In this document: positions 62,597-64,000 of the stretch, piece by piece
Layout of the letters: each line of letters begins with the position of its first letter
Position numbering within the stretch: the stretch's first letter is position 1
Assembly: GCA_977017575.1 (NCBI GenBank)
Contig: CDRNVI010000033.1
Span: 1 to 64,000, forward strand
Direction: 5' to 3'
Length of the DNA stretch: 64,000 nucleotides
Source of the DNA: Paramoeba atlantica
Lineage: Eukaryota; Protista; Discosea
Program-made: the position numbers and the translations under genes
The notes under the pieces: generated by a model
Seen by the model: only the letters and a program-made list of their open reading frames with translations
Databases searched by the model: none
What the model was told of the DNA's origin: nothing

Positions 62597-62683
62597 ATTC
62601 CTATTATTAATAGGAATCCTTAATAATTAAGGGGAGTGGGCGCGTAGCCCTATTAAACATGGGGTATAGAGTCTATACCCCAT
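62597..62683. repeat. Cluster of three palindromes, each with a 1-nt centre
   Basis: attcctatta-t-taataggaat (62597-62617), ccttaat-a-attaagg (62618-62632) and atggggtataga-g-tctataccccat (62659-62683). Confidence 0.8.
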
Positions 62684-62770
62684 AGTAGTATAACTCACCT
62701 CTCAAGCGTACGTGATTGATTTGAAATTGGCTTGAAAAGCCTTTAGTATTGTCTTTTCGTTTTACTTCCA

Positions 62771-63172
62771 ATGCTATTACCTTCCTACCGGGCTTCCAGG
62801 TTGATAGATCCCTCAAGATTTCGACAACAGGTGTTGATTATGCGCGGGTTTCTAGACGCTGTAACAAATCGCAGTTGGAACGTTGGATGGGCGATGTTTC
62901 CTATGGATGTCCGCGTTATGATTAGCTTATGCTGTTGTATTCACTACATTTCTCGACACAATCGTTGGATGTGCGAGAGAGAGGATGTAGAACGTACAAT
63001 GCTCCGCCGGTGGGGTGGCTCGGTAGAATCGGTCCGTAAAAGTTTGAGTAAGGAAGATCAAATCCGTGTTCGCACGTACGTTGATTTTGAAGACTATTGT
63101 GCGATGTTTATTCCTAACTATTTGTTACACAAACCAGCGGGATTTCATGCTTTGGAGGGTGAAGAGGCATAA
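62771..63172 (+). CDS. Mitochondrial ATP synthase subunit f, kinetoplastid type
   Basis: SYRASRL, RSWN..W and REDVERTMLRRWGGSVESVRK..DQIRVR match my recollection of T. brucei subunit f (TYRSSRL, RAWN, RDHVEKAMIMRWGGTLEDVRK..DQLRVR). Confidence 0.72.
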   Translation: MLLPSYRASRLIDPSRFRQQVLIMRGFLDAVTNRSWNVGWAMFPMDVRVMISLCCCIHYISRHNRWMCEREDVERTMLRRWGGSVESVRKSLSKEDQIRVRTYVDFEDYCAMFIPNYLLHKPAGFHALEGEEA

Positions 63173-64000
63173 AACATGTTTTATTTGCAGCGAAGTACGA
63201 GATAAAAAATAGGGCAGAACCCTTCAAAAAGAATGCTTGACTCCAGAATAACTGTGGTACGAGTTTTTACATAAAATGTTGTTTATGTCAATTGCATTAG
63301 CGCCATAAATTTGAGTGGCAAAACCATAATTTTTTAGCTAAATATCACTAAAGATATTCAGGAAATGTAGCTTAAAGATGCATTCATTTAATAAAAACAA
63401 AATTGACAAAGTCATACAGTAAGATGTTGGTTAATTTCTCTATGATTCAATTCTACTTGAGCGAATTCTTTCAATTGCTCTTGCACACGGCTTTACCTCC
63501 AAAGCTTTCTGACATATAGGTCTTGATGGCCGAAATATTTCGATGACCGAGAGATTGGTGACAGAGACTTGCGATTCATTACTTCAGCTTTCGTTTTTTG
63601 GGTTTCCACGTTTGACCTTGGAATCCGTTCTTTTAAACTCTGTAGCTGCAGGAGCTTGTATTGTTGCCTGGCAAAAAGATGAGTATCTTTTAAGCTACAC
63701 TCTTTGTTTTCTTATTGGGTACTCCATTTACTTGGAAAGAAATTGTTTTCTAGGTACAAAAGAAAGGCCGCCTGAGGCTGCAGTTATTGGATTGCCGGCA
63801 TGTCTGCTTTCTGCCCCGATTCTTTTGACTACTTCCCATTTGTTTGCTGTTGCCTCAAAAGGGAACGGATTTGGGGACGAACCTCTAGTAGAGGTTAGTC
63901 ATGCTTCTGTCGTAGTTTTTCTTGTGCTGTTTTACTTCGTGCTGTCCGTCCTATACGTTCTGAGAACAGAATGCCGAAGGATATTTGCATCTATTAGCTT

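Noticed and set aside
63430-64000. Tyrosine-recombinase-like words on the minus strand (ILRHS, SLGHRNISAIKTY, KYFGHQD)
   Set aside because: They lie in different frames separated by several stops, with no continuous ORF, and are compatible with chance. A tblastn including sequence beyond the window edge would settle it.
1-64000. Spliced-leader RNA, rRNA or tRNA genes
   Set aside because: I saw no SL exon core (ACAGTTTCTGTAC), rRNA motif or complete cloverleaf by eye. An Infernal or tRNAscan-SE run would be needed to exclude them.

Overview
Eukaryotic, intron-free, gene-dense DNA with about 33 host protein-coding genes, all on the + strand as in a polycistronic cluster. Marker proteins point to a kinetoplastid: histone H2B.V, ATP synthase subunits ATPTB11 and f, and PCNA with an insertion. 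A compact Perkinsela-like prokinetoplastid is a plausible but unverified guess. Recognisable genes include a phosducin-like protein, HBS1, a USP7-like DUB, mL49, a PHD-bromodomain protein, WDR75/UTP17, SAE1, a CTD-type phosphatase, HSP60, a CDK-like kinase, NAA25, a RING-H2 ligase, a PPR protein and two LRR paralogues. Highlights: (1) a receptor-like kinase whose ectodomain is a catalytically dead CD73-type 5'-nucleotidase, next to an apparently intact membrane 5'-nucleotidase; (2) five copies of a ~76-nt single-hairpin AGA-box H/ACA-like RNA whose pocket is complementary to the LSU rRNA A-loop (H92); (3) recurrent ~1-kb islands where the + strand flips from C-rich to G-rich, even at synonymous sites inside HSP60; (4) Tc1/mariner-type DNA transposons, MITEs and nested inverted repeats. 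All homology calls come from motif recognition by eye; no database search was run.
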